A stretch of DNA of 53,008 nt, from positions 1 through 53,008 of the forward strand of contig JBEEFR010000134.1 in the NCBI GenBank assembly GCA_041166285.1, given 5' to 3'. The notes below the pieces were generated by a model. It had not been told where the DNA came from and searched no databases. It worked only from the letters and a program-made list of their open reading frames with translations. Every line of letters starts with the position of its first letter. Position 1 is the first letter of the stretch. The DNA comes from Actinomycetota bacterium (GTDB lineage Bacteria; Actinomycetota; Acidimicrobiia; Acidimicrobiales; JACCXE01). This document shows, in pieces, positions 50,880-53,008 of the stretch. A program made the translations under genes and the position numbers.

Positions 50880-53008
50880 ATGGCGCAACGGGCAGCTGAC
50901 CTCCACCTCGTCGAGGGCACCGACGCCGAACAGCGCTACTTCAACCGCGAGCTGTCGTGGCTCGAGTTCAACGCGCGCGTGCTGCGCCTCGCCGGCGACG
51001 CCAACCTGCCGGTGCTCGAGCGCGTCAAGTTCCTGGCCATCTTCGGCCAGAACATCGACGAGTTCTTCCAGGTCCGCGTCGCCGGCCTCAAGGACCAACT
51101 GGCTGCGGGCGTCGTGGCGAAGTCGGCGGACGGGCTCGACCCGCGCCAGCAACTCGTCGCCATCAACCGGGTCGCCGAGCGGCTGCTGCTCGACCACGCG
51201 CGCTGCTTCACCCACGACGTCATGCCGGCGCTCAAACACGCGGGGATCGAGTTCGTCGAATACGACGTGCTTACCGACCGCGACAAGCACCACCTGGCGA
51301 CGATGTTCGAGGAGCAGGTCTTCCCGGTCCTCACGCCGCTCGCCGTCGACCCGGGCCATCCATTCCCCTACATCTCGAACCTGTCGCTCAACCTCGCGGT
51401 CGCCGTGCGCGACCCGAACGAAACGGAAGTGCGCTTCGCCCGCATCAAGGTGCCGTCGGTGCTCCCGCGGTTCGTCGTGTTGGAGGACGGGCGGCGCTGG
51501 GTGGCGCTCGAGCAGATCATCGCCGCCAACCTCACCGAGATGTTCCCCGGCATGGTCATCGAGTCGCACCACCTGTTCCGCGTCATCCGCAACGCCGACC
51601 TCGCGCTCGAAGAAGACGAAGCCGACGACCTGCTCGAAGCGATCGAAGTCGAGGTGCGCCGCCGGCGTCGTTTCGGCACGCCGGTCACGCTGCAGATCGA
51701 CTTCGAAATGCCCGACGACCTCCTGGGGCTCCTCATGCGCGAGCTCGAACTCGAGGACATCGACGTGTACCGCGTCAACGGACCCCTCGACCTGGCGCGC
51801 CTGTGGCAGATCGCCGAGTTGGACCGACCCGACCTGAAAGACGAGCCGTGGGCGCCGGTCACCCAACCGCGCCTCATGCGCTCCGACGACGAGCCGACGA
51901 ACTTCTTCGCGGTGCTGCGCGATCGCGACGTGCTGGTGCAGCACCCATATGACTCCTTCGCCAGTTCCGTCGAGGAGTTCATCCGACAAGCGGCGCTCGA
52001 CCCGCGTGTGCTGGCGATCAAGCAGACGCTGTATCGCACGTCGGGCGACTCGCCGATCGTGTCGTCGCTCATCAGCGCGGCCGAACGCGGCAAGGAGGTC
52101 GTCGCTCTCGTCGAACTCAAGGCGCGCTTCGACGAGCAGGCGAACATCCAGTGGGCCCGTCAACTTGAAGAAGCGGGCGTGCACGTCGTCTACGGCCTCA
52201 TCGGTTTGAAGACGCACTCCAAGACGGCGCTCGTCGTGCGCCAGGAGAGCGGACAGATCCGCCGCTACTGGCACATCGGCACCGGGAACTACAACAACCG
52301 CACGGCGCGGATTTACGAGGACATCGGCGTGCTGTCGTCGAACCCCGTCGTCGGCAACGACCTCAACGACCTGTTCAACTACCTCACCGGCTACAGCCGT
52401 CACACGAGTTACAAGAAGTTGTTGGTCGCGCCGCACGGGCTGCGTGACGGGTTGCTCTCGCTCATCGCCGAACAGGCTGCGCTCGGCACCGACGGTCGGA
52501 TCCTGCTCAAGATGAACGGCCTCGTAGACACCACGGTGATCGACGCGTTGTACGACGCGTCCGACGCCGGCGTGCGCGTCGATCTGCTCGTGCGTTCCAT
52601 CAGCTGCTTGCGGCCGGGAGTGCCTGGTCTTTCCGAGAACATCCGTGTGCGCTCCGTCGTCGGGCGCTACCTCGAGCACTCGCGGCTGTGGGCCTTCGGG
52701 GGCGTGACGACGCCGGTGAAGTACTACATCGGCTCGGCCGATCTCATGCCGCGCAACTTGGACAGGCGCATCGAAGTCGTGATGCCCGTCGAGGACGACG
52801 CGTTGCAGGATCGCCTGAAGGAGATCGTCGCCATCGACTTCGCCGACAACATTTCGGCGTGGCAACTCGAGGCCGACGGCAACTGGTTCCACCTGCTCGG
52901 CGACAACCTCGTCGACAACCAGCGCCAGTTGCGCGACAGCGCCGTGGCGCGCGGCTCGCGTCGCAGCGACGTCGTTGCTCCGGTCTCTCCGTTGCGGCGG
53001 TGGCGACC
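50880..53008 (+). CDS. ppk1: Polyphosphate kinase 1 (3' end outside window)
   Basis: Frame open from ATG 50880 to the window edge, so it is not in the track because it has no stop. MAQRAADLHLVEGTDAEQRYFNRELSWLEFNARVL, VLVQHPYDSF, KTHSKTALVVR. Confidence 0.9.
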   Translation, partial: MAQRAADLHLVEGTDAEQRYFNRELSWLEFNARVLRLAGDANLPVLERVKFLAIFGQNIDEFFQVRVAGLKDQLAAGVVAKSADGLDPRQQLVAINRVAERLLLDHARCFTHDVMPALKHAGIEFVEYDVLTDRDKHHLATMFEEQVFPVLTPLAVDPGHPFPYISNLSLNLAVAVRDPNETEVRFARIKVPSVLPRFVVLEDGRRWVALEQIIAANLTEMFPGMVIESHHLFRVIRNADLALEEDEADDLLEAIEVEVRRRRRFGTPVTLQIDFEMPDDLLGLLMRELELEDIDVYRVNGPLDLARLWQIAELDRPDLKDEPWAPVTQPRLMRSDDEPTNFFAVLRDRDVLVQHPYDSFASSVEEFIRQAALDPRVLAIKQTLYRTSGDSPIVSSLISAAERGKEVVALVELKARFDEQANIQWARQLEEAGVHVVYGLIGLKTHSKTALVVRQESGQIRRYWHIGTGNYNNRTARIYEDIGVLSSNPVVGNDLNDLFNYLTGYSRHTSYKKLLVAPHGLRDGLLSLIAEQAALGTDGRILLKMNGLVDTTVIDALYDASDAGVRVDLLVRSISCLRPGVPGLSENIRVRSVVGRYLEHSRLWAFGGVTTPVKYYIGSADLMPRNLDRRIEVVMPVEDDALQDRLKEIVAIDFADNISAWQLEADGNWFHLLGDNLVDNQRQLRDSAVARGSRRSDVVAPVSPLRRWR

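Noticed and set aside
50778-52892. 704-aa minus-strand ORF
   Set aside because: It is antisense to polyphosphate kinase 1, whose frame is open to the window edge and therefore absent from the track, and which carries unmistakable PPK1 motifs. The minus-strand product is Arg/Val/Asp-rich with no motifs.

Overview
Dense, very GC-rich (by eye about 67-73% G+C in most 60-nt lines) actinobacterial-type chromosomal segment. I count about 57 protein-coding genes, tRNA-Pro(CGG), tRNA-Ser(GGA) and an SRP RNA. I saw no rRNA, CRISPR array, transposase or integrase. Housekeeping anchors are lysC-asd, two cyclophilins, pccB plus an epsilon subunit, aat, dnaX-ybaB-recR, ffs and ppk1 (runs off the 3' edge). 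Two metabolic themes stand out. One is short-chain acyl-CoA metabolism: hbd, a MeaA-type B12 mutase, an epimerase, a Ccr-like reductase, a thiolase and a WS/DGAT. The other is F420-type enzymes: two DUF385 proteins and one LLM oxidoreductase. Many long ORFs in the supplied track are antisense or alternate-frame artefacts of high GC, and several real genes had to be trimmed to internal starts. Gene packing is extreme, with many 4-nt NTGA start/stop overlaps and overlapping convergent gene ends. Many first genes carry a TANNNT box 6-7 nt before the start codon, which suggests leaderless mRNAs. Best candidates for undescribed biology, all hypotheses from sequence reading only: (1) an 805-aa mosaic envelope protein (unknown ectodomain, internally duplicated TM module, DUF4395-like end with two CxxC motifs) with a translationally coupled partner; (2) a 1225-aa secreted protein with two PHP-type modules and a BNR-like region, flanked by a sortase and a DUF4262 gene, sitting between dnaX and tRNA-Ser/ffs; (3) a low-GC islet encoding a TM protein with a GAF-like domain plus a 45-aa acid-free basic peptide; (4) a vapBC locus whose antitoxin frame continues upstream through an in-frame TAA into a 75-aa gene; (5) an orphan SPPY DNA methyltransferase with an uncharacterised ~150-aa C-terminal domain; (6) a shared 13-mer operator-like site and TA-sharing divergent -10 elements. 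All family calls rest on motifs I recognise by eye. No database search was run.
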